Source: Acutalibacteraceae bacterium (GTDB lineage: Bacteria > Bacillota > Clostridia > Oscillospirales > Acutalibacteraceae). Taken from it: a stretch of 64,000 nt of DNA. This document shows, in pieces, positions 28,118-37,564 of the stretch. The notes below the pieces were generated by a model. That model ran no database searches. It saw only the letters and a program-made list of their open reading frames with translations, and was not told the origin of the DNA. The position numbers and the translations under genes were made by a program. Each line of letters starts with the position of its first letter. Within the stretch, counting starts at the first letter, position 1. The stretch spans positions 1,635 through 65,634 of the forward strand of contig JAZQKF010000079.1 in assembly GCA_045542015.1 (NCBI GenBank), written 5' to 3'.

Positions 28118-29221
28118 TTATTTCTTCAGTTTGGGATCAAAGGCATCACGCAGACCGTCGCCCAACAGGTTAAGGGACAACACGATCAAGCAGATAGCCA
28201 CGGCGGGAATCACCAAGCGGTAACCGTAAGAGAATACACCGTCGCGAGCCTCGGATGCCAAGGAGCCCAAAGAGGGCATCGGCATATCCACGCCCAGACC
28301 CAAGAAGGACAGATAACTCTCGGTGAAGATGGCCGAGGGAATCTGCAGGGCGGTGGAAATGATGATCACACTGATACAGTTGGGCAGCATATGACGGCGA
28401 ATGATGTGGCCGCCCTTAGCGCCGATAGAGCGAGCATTCAGTACGTAATCCTGCTGCTTGATGGTGAGGATCTGACCACGAATCAAACGAGCCATACCCA
28501 CCCAGTAGAGCAGCGCAAACACGATAAAGATACTCAGCATACTGACGCCCAGCGTCTCAAAGACAGTGCCCTCAATAGCGGGGGCCAAGGTCTTATCAAA
28601 CACGGTGGCCAGCAGAATGATCATCAGCAGATCCGGCAAGGAGTAGATGATATCCACGATACGCATCATCACCAAATCCACCTTACCGCCGTAGTAGCCG
28701 GAGATGGAGCCGTAGATAGCACCGATAATCAACACAATGATACTGGCAAAGAAGCCCACCGCCAGAGAAATGCGGGCGCCGTAGATAACGCGGATGGCGT
28801 AATCACGACCATGGGCATCGGTACCAAAGATGTGGGGGAAGATGTATTCCCCGTCCTCCATACGAGCCAACTCGGTGGAACCGTATTCAAAGGGCTTCAG
28901 GTTGTTGTAAGAGGAGTCGACCGGCTCGCCGGGGGTAACGCCCAGCTGCTGGTCGTAGCTGTAGGGATAGAACATCGGGACGAAAATCGCCAGCAACACG
29001 ATGGCGGCCACGATGCACAGACAAATCATAGAAATGGGATTCTTGGACAAACGACGCATACCATCCTTAAAGAAGGTGGTGCTCTCCCGCATACGGGTCT
29101 GCTGCTGTTTTTCCTCATCGGTGGCTTTTTCAAAGCTCTGGAGGTTCAACTGGAAACTGAGAGGATTCTTTTGAGGCATCGCGTCGATGTCTTTTTTAAG
29201 GTTTTTCTTAAAAATACTCAT
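28118..29221 (-). CDS. oppC: oligopeptide ABC transporter permease
   Basis: BPD_transp_1 pattern (EAA-like loop ARSIGAKGGHIIRRHMLPN), six TM helices. Confidence 0.9.
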   Translation of the reverse strand: MSIFKKNLKKDIDAMPQKNPLSFQLNLQSFEKATDEEKQQQTRMRESTTFFKDGMRRLSKNPISMICLCIVAAIVLLAIFVPMFYPYSYDQQLGVTPGEPVDSSYNNLKPFEYGSTELARMEDGEYIFPHIFGTDAHGRDYAIRVIYGARISLAVGFFASIIVLIIGAIYGSISGYYGGKVDLVMMRIVDIIYSLPDLLMIILLATVFDKTLAPAIEGTVFETLGVSMLSIFIVFALLYWVGMARLIRGQILTIKQQDYVLNARSIGAKGGHIIRRHMLPNCISVIIISTALQIPSAIFTESYLSFLGLGVDMPMPSLGSLASEARDGVFSYGYRLVIPAVAICLIVLSLNLLGDGLRDAFDPKLKK

Positions 29222-29237
29222 ATTCTCTCAACCCCCT

Positions 29238-30164
29238 TTAGGACAGATCCACGCGGGGATCGAAAATCTTATACGCGATATCCGACAGCAGGGTCATAAT
29301 AACCATAATGGTGGCCAAGAAGATGGTGGTACCCATCACCATAGGATAGTCGCGGTTGATGATACTGGAGAAAAAATACTCACCGATGCCGGGCACCGAG
29401 AAAATATTCTCCACCACCAAACTACCGGTCAGGATGTAGGCGATCATAGGACCGACGTAGGTGATGACCGGAGTGACCGCATTCTTCAAGGAGTGCTTGA
29501 AGATGACCTTGGAAGGGGCAACGCCCTTAGCCCGTGCGGTACGGATGTAGTCCTGTCCCAATACGTCCAGCATACTGGAACGGGTCAAACGGGTAATGTA
29601 CGCCATGGGATACAGACTCAAGGAAATAACCGGCAGGATAAGGCCCTCGGTAGTGGAGCCGTTGGCCGGAAAAATCTTAAGCTGTACACAGAATACCAGC
29701 AATAAGATGGTGGCGATGACAAAGGACGGCATCGCCACACTGCCGGTGGACAGCACCATTATTAATTTATCTATCCATTTATTATGGAACACGGCTGCCA
29801 GAGAACCCAGAGCCAGACCGATAATAATGGCGATGGTCGCCGCTGCCAGACCCAGTACACTACTGGTCTTAAATCCCTCAATCATCAACTCCGCCACGGT
29901 ACGACCGCGCATCTTGATAGAGGGGCCAAAATCGAATTTCAGCACACCCTCAAGGTAAGTTGTGTACTGCTCAAACAGTGGCTTATCTAAGCCATATTTC
30001 TCCTCCAGCTGTGCCGTAACGGCCGGACTGGGAGATTTTTCGCTCAGGAAGGGACCACCGGGGATGGCCTTCATCACGAAGAAGGTAATGGTAATTACCA
30101 AGAATATCGACAGCAGTGCCAGCAGCACACGCTTAACGATATACCATGCCAATTTGGAATCCAA
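29238..30164 (-). CDS. oppB: oligopeptide ABC transporter permease
   Basis: DppB/OppB-type permease (YIRTARAKGV motif). TTG start 9 nt after AAGGAG. Confidence 0.9.
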   Translation of the reverse strand: MDSKLAWYIVKRVLLALLSIFLVITITFFVMKAIPGGPFLSEKSPSPAVTAQLEEKYGLDKPLFEQYTTYLEGVLKFDFGPSIKMRGRTVAELMIEGFKTSSVLGLAAATIAIIIGLALGSLAAVFHNKWIDKLIMVLSTGSVAMPSFVIATILLLVFCVQLKIFPANGSTTEGLILPVISLSLYPMAYITRLTRSSMLDVLGQDYIRTARAKGVAPSKVIFKHSLKNAVTPVITYVGPMIAYILTGSLVVENIFSVPGIGEYFFSSIINRDYPMVMGTTIFLATIMVIMTLLSDIAYKIFDPRVDLS

Positions 30165-30193
30165 TAGAGTCAGCTCCTTATGCTAATAGGGGT

Positions 30194-30238
30194 CTTTGTT
30201 AGTTACTGCAGTAACTAACAAAGGGGTATACCCCTTTC
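30194..30238 (-). promoter_or_regulatory. two overlapping perfect palindromes in the opp leader
   Basis: A 30-bp perfect palindrome CTTTGTTAGTTACTGCAGTAACTAACAAAG (30194-30223) overlaps an 18-bp palindrome AAAGGGGTATACCCCTTT (30221-30238). Confidence 0.5.
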
Positions 30239-30358
30239 GAAATTATTTTGGTTTTCGTTTACATCAGCATTACCTCTACGCCTAGTCTTATCTGTTCCGA
30301 CGGAAAAATCCACCGCCATTTTCGACAAGATATCTGTAAACATCGTTATAGTTTTGTC

Positions 30359-30387
30359 ATTCTAGCATATATTTGTAATCATTTCAA
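30359..30387 (-). promoter_or_regulatory. candidate opp promoter
   Basis: Minus strand TTGAAA (30382-30387), 17 nt spacer, TAGAAT (30359-30364), in an AT-rich spacer. Confidence 0.45.
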
Positions 30388-30456
30388 TGCTTTATTGCTT
30401 TTATGCGTTAAATTCTTGAAATATTACTATTCAATAAGCCAAAATTCGTTAAATTT

Positions 30457-31530
30457 TTATATAATTAGCAGCTGCTTTTCACTGGCGGTCAGATTCAGAG
30501 AGCCCTCTTCGGTGACGTACACCATATCCTCGATGCGGACGCCGAATTGATTCTCAAGATAAATGCCCGGCTCCACCGTCATAATCATACCGGGGCGCAG
30601 TATCGTCTCACAGCGGGGGCTGAAAGCGGGGTCCTCGTGAATCTCCACACCCACGCTGTGACCCAGACCGTGACCGAAGCAGCCCTCATAGCCGGCGGCA
30701 TAAATCAGGTCACGGGCAACCTTGTCCACGTCCTGACAGACTGCACCGGCGCGAATCACCCGCTCCGCCTCCAGCTGGGCGCGCAGCACGGTATCGTATA
30801 CCTTGCGCATCTCATCGGTGGCCTCCCCCACCGCCACGGTGCGGGTCATATCCGAATGATAGCCACCCACTACGGCACCGAAGTCCATGGTGATAAAATC
30901 ACCCCGCTCCACCACCTTATCGGAGGGGACGCCGTGAGGCAGAGAGGAATTTTTACCGGATACCACGATGAAATCAAAGGACACGCCCTCGCTGCCCAGA
31001 CGCCGCATATAGAACTCCATATCCAGCATAATTTCCTTTTCGGTGCGACCGACCTGAATGTGGTTGAGGATATACGAGAAGGTCTCATCGGTCATCCTCT
31101 GCGCCTCGCGGATATACGCCAGCTCCGCCTGCGTCTTAATGGAGCGCATATCGGCAATAATGCCGTCAAAGCGGTCACTGTCAGACACGGTCAGATCGGG
31201 CAGATCCCGACGCAGAGCCGCCAAGCGGCTGACCGAGGTGCTGTTGGCCTCAATGAACAGCTCCTTAATGCCGTACTGCTGACACAATTCCGACACCTTA
31301 GCCGGAGGCGACAGTACAACCTGACAGCTGTCTACGGTAGCCTTCGCCTTTTCATAATAGCGGAAATCAATGAGAAACACCGCCGCATCGGGGCAAATGA
31401 ACACCGAGCCGGCGCTGGATGCAAAGCCGGTGAAATAAAAGCGATTGCAGTCAGCCGTGACCAACAGCGCCTGACCGGAGGTCAGTTCACGCTGGATACT
31501 CTGTACTCGTTTCTTTATCATACGGGACAC
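30457..31530 (-). CDS. M24 family Xaa-Pro aminopeptidase/dipeptidase
   Basis: Creatinase-like N-domain and the pita-bread metal ligands (DFGAVVGGYHSDMTRT, HGLGHSVGVEIHE). Confidence 0.9.
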   Translation of the reverse strand: MSRMIKKRVQSIQRELTSGQALLVTADCNRFYFTGFASSAGSVFICPDAAVFLIDFRYYEKAKATVDSCQVVLSPPAKVSELCQQYGIKELFIEANSTSVSRLAALRRDLPDLTVSDSDRFDGIIADMRSIKTQAELAYIREAQRMTDETFSYILNHIQVGRTEKEIMLDMEFYMRRLGSEGVSFDFIVVSGKNSSLPHGVPSDKVVERGDFITMDFGAVVGGYHSDMTRTVAVGEATDEMRKVYDTVLRAQLEAERVIRAGAVCQDVDKVARDLIYAAGYEGCFGHGLGHSVGVEIHEDPAFSPRCETILRPGMIMTVEPGIYLENQFGVRIEDMVYVTEEGSLNLTASEKQLLII

Positions 31531-31534
31531 TCCT

Positions 31535-32941
31535 TTATAATTCTTTCAGAACCGCGCACAGATATTCATAGATCCGTGCAGCAGAGGATACCGACAGCCG
31601 CTCGCGGCAGGTGTGAATATCCTGCATATCGGGACCGATGGACACCGCGTCCAGTCCCGCCAGCTTTTCGCAAAACAGACCGCATTCCAGTCCGGCGTGG
31701 ATCGCCATCACAATGGGCAGGGCGCCGGTCTGCGCCTGCCACACGCGGCACATCACGTCCCGCAGACGGGAATCCTTGCGGTACTCCCACGCAGGATAAT
31801 GTCCGTGGGACCCATAGGTGCCGCCGAAGCGGGCTGCCACAGCCTCCAGTTCGGTCAACAACGCGAGTTTTTCCTCATTTCGACTGCTACGCACCGCAAA
31901 GGAGGCGCACAACCGATTCTCATCGGTGGTTAGTATGCCCAAATTGAGGGAGGTCTGCACCAGACCGTCAATATCCTCGCTCATAGACCGAATGCCGTTG
32001 GGCACGGTGGTGAGAAACTCCGCCACCCGACGGGTGGCGTCGGCGGTCAGCACCCTGTCGGTAGCGGCAGGGGCGACGGTAATCGTCAGATCGGGGTCAC
32101 CCGCCACGCGGTGAGCGGCGGCAAAAGCCTCTGCCGCAGCGGTGGGGTCTTCCACACAGGTGACCACCGCCTCGCACAGGACGGGGATGGCGTTATCCTT
32201 TTGTCCGCCGTTGACGGCGGCAATACGGCAATCCAACGAACGGAGCAATTGACCCATCACCACATTGGCATTCAGCCGTCCTTTATCGATCTCTACGCCG
32301 GAATGACCGCCGATCAGTCCGGAAACGGTGATACGATACGCGGGAGCAGAGGGTGACTCATAGCTCAGCGGCAGAGCGATCTCGGCGCGAGCGCCGCCGG
32401 CACAGCTGACGGTCAGCACTCCTTCCTGCTCGGAGTCCACGTTGATCAGCAGGCGCCCCTCCATATCGGTGGGGTCCAAGCCCTCGGCACCATACATACC
32501 CGTTTCCTCATCCACGGTAAACAGAACCTCCAGCGGCGGGTGGGACAGTCGGTCAGACTCCAGAATCGCCATCGCCATCGCCACAGCGATGCCATCGTCG
32601 CCGCCCAGGGTGGTACCGTGGGCGAACACCCAGGCGCCGTCGGTGTCCACCTGCAAACCATCGGTGGCAAAATCAATGGCACAATCGGGCGCCTTTTCGC
32701 ACACCATATCCAGATGTCCCTGCAGAATCACCGCGGGATGATCCTCATAACCGACGGTAGCGGGCTTCTTAATCAGCACGTTGCCCAGAGCGTCCTGCCG
32801 ATACCACAGGCCGTGGTCTTTGGCAAACGACACACAATAATCGCTGATGCGAGCGGTATCGCCGGAGCCGTGAGGGATGCCGCAAAGCTGCTCAAAATAG
32901 TAGAACACTCTATTCGGTTGTAAATGGGTCAGTTTGCCCAT
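31535..32941 (-). CDS. pepD: aminoacyl-histidine dipeptidase (M20C, PepD-like)
   Basis: IPHGSGD, LQGHLDMV and TLGGDDGIAVA motifs. ATG at 32941 after GGGAGG. Confidence 0.88.
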   Translation of the reverse strand: MGKLTHLQPNRVFYYFEQLCGIPHGSGDTARISDYCVSFAKDHGLWYRQDALGNVLIKKPATVGYEDHPAVILQGHLDMVCEKAPDCAIDFATDGLQVDTDGAWVFAHGTTLGGDDGIAVAMAMAILESDRLSHPPLEVLFTVDEETGMYGAEGLDPTDMEGRLLINVDSEQEGVLTVSCAGGARAEIALPLSYESPSAPAYRITVSGLIGGHSGVEIDKGRLNANVVMGQLLRSLDCRIAAVNGGQKDNAIPVLCEAVVTCVEDPTAAAEAFAAAHRVAGDPDLTITVAPAATDRVLTADATRRVAEFLTTVPNGIRSMSEDIDGLVQTSLNLGILTTDENRLCASFAVRSSRNEEKLALLTELEAVAARFGGTYGSHGHYPAWEYRKDSRLRDVMCRVWQAQTGALPIVMAIHAGLECGLFCEKLAGLDAVSIGPDMQDIHTCRERLSVSSAARIYEYLCAVLKEL

Positions 32942-33053
32942 CAGGACACCTCCCAAGATTGTCAATGATACTGTATTATAGCACAGCGTTAAAGCGATTT
33001 CAACCGGAAAGGGTTGACTTTAGCGGAGTTTATTGGAAAATCGCGTAAAAACT

Positions 33054-33091
33054 AAAGAAAAACACCCCGAAGTCGCAAAAACTTCGGGGTG
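33054..33091 (-). terminator. intrinsic terminator after the ACT gene
   Basis: Hairpin CACCCCGAAGT...ACTTCGGGGTG followed by TTTTTCTTT on the minus strand. Confidence 0.75.
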
Positions 33092-33104
33092 AAGGTGTTT
33101 CGCT

Positions 33105-33533
33105 TTACAGCTTATCTACGTCTGTATCGGCAATCAGGTGGAAGCCGGCGGCCTCCAGCGCCGCTTCGGCGGCGGCATTGTCGGTGGGGCGCAACACCAC
33201 GTAGGCGTGCCGCTCGGTGCGGGCCATAAAGGCGTACAGGTATTCCACGTTAACACCGGCATCCGCCAGCACGCCCAGTGCCTTGGACAGCTTACCGGGT
33301 TGGTCGCCGATCTTAACGCCCACCACATCGGTAATCTTCAGGATATAGCCCTTCTCCTGCAGCACCGCGGCAGCGGTATCGTTATCGTTCACGATCAAGC
33401 GCAGCAGACCGAAATCCTGGGTGTCGGCGATGGACAGCGCCCGCAGATTGACACTGTGGGACGCCAGAGCGTCGGTGATATCCACCAAAGCGCCCTGCTT
33501 ATTCTCTACAAAAACCGTTAACTGTTTTAACAT
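33105..33533 (-). CDS. ACT domain-containing protein (tandem ACT)
   Basis: 142 aa with two beta-alpha-beta-beta-alpha-beta ACT-like halves (QLTVFVENKQGAL..., GVKIGDQPGKL...). Follows the CoA ligase. Confidence 0.8.
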   Translation of the reverse strand: MLKQLTVFVENKQGALVDITDALASHSVNLRALSIADTQDFGLLRLIVNDNDTAAAVLQEKGYILKITDVVGVKIGDQPGKLSKALGVLADAGVNVEYLYAFMARTERHAYVVLRPTDNAAAEAALEAAGFHLIADTDVDKL

Positions 33534-33552
33534 ACCTTACACTCCCCTTTCC

Positions 33553-34863
33553 TTAATCGTGCAATTTACGCTTATCAATAACACGCACAGCCTTACCCTC
33601 ACTGCGGACAATGCTCTTAGGTGCCACCAGGTGCACCTTGGGATTGATGCCCAGCATCACCTTCAGGGCATTGGCCAGTGCCTTCTCCTGCTCGGTAACG
33701 CCGCGGACGGTATCGGTAAACTTATCGGGGTTCATCTCTACGTTCACGTCGAAGGTGTCGGTATTGCCCACGCGATCCACGACGATCTGGTAGTTAGGCT
33801 CATAGCCCTCCTTCAGCAGCACCGTCTCGATCTGGCTGGGGAATACGTTGACGCCGCGGATGATCATCATATCGTCGCTGCGACCCATAGGCTTCGCCAT
33901 CTTAATTAGGGTACGACCGCAGGAACACTTTTTGCGACTTAAAACGCAGATGTCACGGGTGCGGTAGCGGAGCAAGGGGAACGCCTCCTTATCCAGACTG
34001 GTGAACACCAATTCACCCTTGCTGCCCTCGGGAAGCACCTCGCCCGTATCGGGGTCGATGATCTCCGCCAAGAAGTGATCCTCGTTGATGTGCATACCGG
34101 TCTGCTCACAGCACTCAAAGGAAACACCGGGGCCGGAGGTCTCGGTCAGACCGTAGATATCATACGCCTTAATGCCCAGCGTCTTCTCAATACCGCGGCG
34201 CATCTCCTCCGTCCAGGGCTCGGCGCCGAAGATGCCCGCCTTGAGTGGGATCTGGTCGGGGGTATAGCCCTGCTCCTTGAGGGTCTCGCCGATGTAGGCG
34301 GCGTAAGAGGGGGTGCAGCACAGAATGGTGGCGGACAGGTCGGTCATAAACTGGATCTGCCGCTCGGTATTGCCGGAGGACATAGGCAGGGTCAGGCAGC
34401 CCACCTTGTGAGAGCCGCCGTTAAGACCGGGGCCGCCGGTGAACAGACCATAGCCGTACGCCACCTGGCACACGTCCTCCTCGGTGCCGCCCGCCGCCAC
34501 AATGGCACGGGCACAGCAATCCTCCCACAGGTCAACATCCTTTTGGGTGTAGAAAGCCACCACGCGGCGACCGGTGGTGCCGGAGGTGGACTGAATACGT
34601 ACACACTCGGACAGAGGCTTCGCCAGCAGACCGTAGGGGTAGGCATCCCGCAGGTCAGCCTTGGTGAGGAAAGGCAGCTTGTAAAGATCCTCGATGCCCT
34701 TAATGTCGTCGGGGGTTACCCCCTTCTCCTCCATCAGGTGGCGGTAGTAGGGCACGTTGTCGTAGACGTGACGCACCTGCTTGACCAATTTCTCCGACTG
34801 AAGCTTTTTGATCTCTTCCACCGGCATGGTTTCAATGTCTTTTTGATAGTAGCGCTGTGCCAT
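33553..34863 (-). CDS. paaK: phenylacetate--CoA ligase family protein (PaaK-like)
   Basis: IQSTSGTTGRRV AMP motif, 436 aa, PaaK-type N-terminus (MAQRYYQKDIETMPVEEIKKLQ). ATG at 34863. Confidence 0.88.
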   Translation of the reverse strand: MAQRYYQKDIETMPVEEIKKLQSEKLVKQVRHVYDNVPYYRHLMEEKGVTPDDIKGIEDLYKLPFLTKADLRDAYPYGLLAKPLSECVRIQSTSGTTGRRVVAFYTQKDVDLWEDCCARAIVAAGGTEEDVCQVAYGYGLFTGGPGLNGGSHKVGCLTLPMSSGNTERQIQFMTDLSATILCCTPSYAAYIGETLKEQGYTPDQIPLKAGIFGAEPWTEEMRRGIEKTLGIKAYDIYGLTETSGPGVSFECCEQTGMHINEDHFLAEIIDPDTGEVLPEGSKGELVFTSLDKEAFPLLRYRTRDICVLSRKKCSCGRTLIKMAKPMGRSDDMMIIRGVNVFPSQIETVLLKEGYEPNYQIVVDRVGNTDTFDVNVEMNPDKFTDTVRGVTEQEKALANALKVMLGINPKVHLVAPKSIVRSEGKAVRVIDKRKLHD

Positions 34864-34905
34864 TTTTGAATCATCCTTTCTGCAAAATAGAGTGGTGCGA
34901 AAGCA

Positions 34906-35183
34906 GAAAACAAAAACGTCCTCTGCATTCCGCTTTGGAATACAGAGGACGAGAAATTCCCGTGGTACCACCTCTATTTACCGCTATCTCACGATAACGG
35001 CCTCCGGGTGCCATCACACCCTAATCGATATAACGGTCGAACCCGTTTGGCCTACGCAAGCTAAGCTCTTCAACCAACGACTCGCGGAATGAATTCACCG
35101 ACTGTACACCGCTGCATCACACCAACCGCAGCTCTCTGTAGATGATATTTTCGGATACTGGTTTCCGCTCAAGCGTCTTTACG
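34906..35183 (-). promoter_or_regulatory. T-box leader with Phe (TTC) specifier and terminator
   Basis: Read on the minus strand. AGAGAG and GGTGTGA stem-I motifs. Specifier loop GAA-TTC-A (TTC at 35091-35093). T-box AGAGGTGGTACCACGGGAA (about 34957-34975). 15-bp terminator stem 34917-34951 plus a T-run. Confidence 0.85.
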
Positions 35184-35188
35184 TACTG

Positions 35189-35217
35189 ATTTTAGCACCA
35201 TTTACAAGGGGTGTCAA
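35189..35217 (-). promoter_or_regulatory. internal sigma-A promoter driving the Phe T-box leader
   Basis: Minus strand TTGACA (35212-35217), 17 nt spacer, TAAAAT (35189-35194), just downstream of the iorB stop. Confidence 0.6.
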
Positions 35218-35235
35218 TAGGTTTTACGCAAAAAA

Positions 35236-35808
35236 CTATGCGTGAAAACCCAGATCAAACGCCTTCTTATTCATCTCCACGAACTTGGGAGCCACCGTGT
35301 TCTCAATAGCGGCGATCCAGCGCTCGTAGGGGATGTCAAAATACTTGGCGGCACGCCCCATCAGGACGATGTTCACCGCCTTGGCGGAGCCTGCCTGACG
35401 GGCCAGCGTCAGCGCGTCCAGCGCCTCCACCTGCATACCCTTGGCGGTCAGCTCGTCCAGCACGGCGGCGGGATACTCTGCCGCGCCGATGATCACCGGC
35501 ATGGGGTCGATCTGCTGGGTGTTGACGATCAGCCGACCGTCGGTCTTTAGATACTTGGCATAGCGGGCGGCCTCCAGCTTCTCAAAGGAGATGATGATGT
35601 CCGCCTCACCCTCGGTGACGATGGGCGAATACACCTTATCGCCGAAGCGCACGTAGGTGACCACAGAGCCGCCGCGCTGGCTCATACCGTGAACCTCGCT
35701 GACCTTAACGTCGTAGCCCTCGTCCATCAGCAGACGCCCCAGCAGCTTGGAGGCCAGCAGACTGCCCTGTCCGCCGACACCGACAATCATAACACTTTTC
35801 GTTTTCAT
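35236..35808 (-). CDS. iorB: indolepyruvate:ferredoxin oxidoreductase subunit beta
   Basis: 190 aa, GVGGQG motif, gamma-type 2-oxoacid:ferredoxin oxidoreductase domain. Confidence 0.88.
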   Translation of the reverse strand: MKTKSVMIVGVGGQGSLLASKLLGRLLMDEGYDVKVSEVHGMSQRGGSVVTYVRFGDKVYSPIVTEGEADIIISFEKLEAARYAKYLKTDGRLIVNTQQIDPMPVIIGAAEYPAAVLDELTAKGMQVEALDALTLARQAGSAKAVNIVLMGRAAKYFDIPYERWIAAIENTVAPKFVEMNKKAFDLGFHA

Positions 35809-35822
35809 TGTCTTCTCCTCCC

Positions 35823-37547
35823 TTACACAATGGCGTCAAAGGCGCACAGCTGTTTACAAACGCCGCAGCCCACGCACAGGGTGGTATCCACCACCGCCTT
35901 GCCATCCTTCATACTGATAGCGGGACAGCCCAGGGTCATACACCGCTTACAGGAGCGGCACTTGTCCGCCTCCACCGTCAGCGGCGGCAGCGGCTTCACC
36001 GACTTGAGCAGCACGCAGGGGCGGCGGGAGATGATAACAGAGGGCTCCTCTGCCGCCAGCTCCTCCTTGATCGCCGCGTCGCAGGCCTTTAGGTCGTAGG
36101 GATCCACCACCCGCACACGGTTGATACCCAGAGCGCGGCACAGCGCCTCCAGATCCACCTTGGCGGCGGGGTCGCCCTTAATGTTATAGCCGGTGGTGGG
36201 ATTCTGCTGATGACCGGTCATACCGGTAATGGAATTATCCAGAATGATCACGGTGGAATTGGTGGCGTTATACGCCACGTTCACCAGACCGGTCATACCG
36301 GAATGCATAAAGGTAGAATCACCGATCACCGCCACGGATTTTTTCTCCGCCTCGGCGCCGCGCGCCAGGTTAAAGCCGTGCAGACCCGATACGGAGGCGC
36401 CCATACACAAGGTAGAATCCAGCGCATTCAGCGGCGGAACGGCGCCCAAGGTATAGCAACCGATGTCGCCCAGGGCGGTAATCTTATTCTTCGCCAGCGT
36501 ATAGAACAGACCGCGGTGGGGACAGCCCGCGCACATCATCGGGGGACGGTTGGGGATGTCCGAGTCCGCAGAAACGCTAACATTCGCCTCTTTGCCAAAG
36601 GCATCGGCGATGGTCTTTTGGGAGAACTCACCCAGCAGAGAGAAGGTATCCTTCCCCACCACGTCGATGCCCAAGGCACGCACGTGGGTTTCAATAACGG
36701 GATCCAGCTCCTCAATGACGTACAGCTTTTTCACCTTGGCGGCGAAGTCTTTAATCAGCTTTACCGGCAAGGGGTACGGCATACCGATCTTGAGAATCGA
36801 CGCCGTATCGCCCAGCGCCTCTTTAACATATAGGTAAGAACAGCCGGAGGTGATGATACCGATCTCGTCGGAATGCATCTCCACGGTATTGAAGGGGCAA
36901 TCCTCTGCATAGGCCTGCAACGCCTCGGTGCGCTGCTCCACCAGGGGGTGGCGCTGAATGGCGTTGCCCGGCATCATAATGTATTTAGCGGGATTCTTGA
37001 CGTATTCCTTAACAGGAGCCTCTTCCCTCCCGCCCACTTCGACAATGGACTGGCTGTGGGCGATGCGGGTGCAGGTGCGCAGCAGGACGGGAGTATCGTA
37101 CTGCTCGGACAGCTGAAACGCCGCCTTGGCAAAGGCATAGGCTTCCGCGGAGTCGGCGGGCTCCAACATCGGCACCTTAGCCGCCATAGCGTAATGGCGG
37201 CTGTCCTGCTCATTCTGGGAGGAGTGCATGGCCGGATCGTCCGCCACGCAGATGACCATACCGCCATTAACCCCTGTATAAGACAGGGTAAACAGCGGGT
37301 CGGCGGCCACGTTCAGACCCACGTGCTTCATGGCACAGGCGGAACGGGCACCCGCCAGGGACGCACCGAACGCCACCTCGCAGGCTACCTTCTCATTGGG
37401 CGCCCACTCGCTGTGGATGTCGTCGTATTTCGCCAAAAACTCGGTAATCTCGGTGGAGGGGGTGCCGGGATAACTGGACACTACCTGCAGACCGCCGTCG
37501 TACAGACCGGCGGCCACCGCCTGATTGCCAATCAATAATTTCTTCAT
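35823..37547 (-). CDS. iorA: indolepyruvate:ferredoxin oxidoreductase subunit alpha
   Basis: Pyrimidine- and TPP-binding domains (GDSTFMHSG) and a C-terminal 2x[4Fe-4S] region (CRSCKRC...CVGCGVC). Confidence 0.9.
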   Translation of the reverse strand: MKKLLIGNQAVAAGLYDGGLQVVSSYPGTPSTEITEFLAKYDDIHSEWAPNEKVACEVAFGASLAGARSACAMKHVGLNVAADPLFTLSYTGVNGGMVICVADDPAMHSSQNEQDSRHYAMAAKVPMLEPADSAEAYAFAKAAFQLSEQYDTPVLLRTCTRIAHSQSIVEVGGREEAPVKEYVKNPAKYIMMPGNAIQRHPLVEQRTEALQAYAEDCPFNTVEMHSDEIGIITSGCSYLYVKEALGDTASILKIGMPYPLPVKLIKDFAAKVKKLYVIEELDPVIETHVRALGIDVVGKDTFSLLGEFSQKTIADAFGKEANVSVSADSDIPNRPPMMCAGCPHRGLFYTLAKNKITALGDIGCYTLGAVPPLNALDSTLCMGASVSGLHGFNLARGAEAEKKSVAVIGDSTFMHSGMTGLVNVAYNATNSTVIILDNSITGMTGHQQNPTTGYNIKGDPAAKVDLEALCRALGINRVRVVDPYDLKACDAAIKEELAAEEPSVIISRRPCVLLKSVKPLPPLTVEADKCRSCKRCMTLGCPAISMKDGKAVVDTTLCVGCGVCKQLCAFDAIV

Positions 37548-37564
37548 TCCTTATTACCTCTTTA

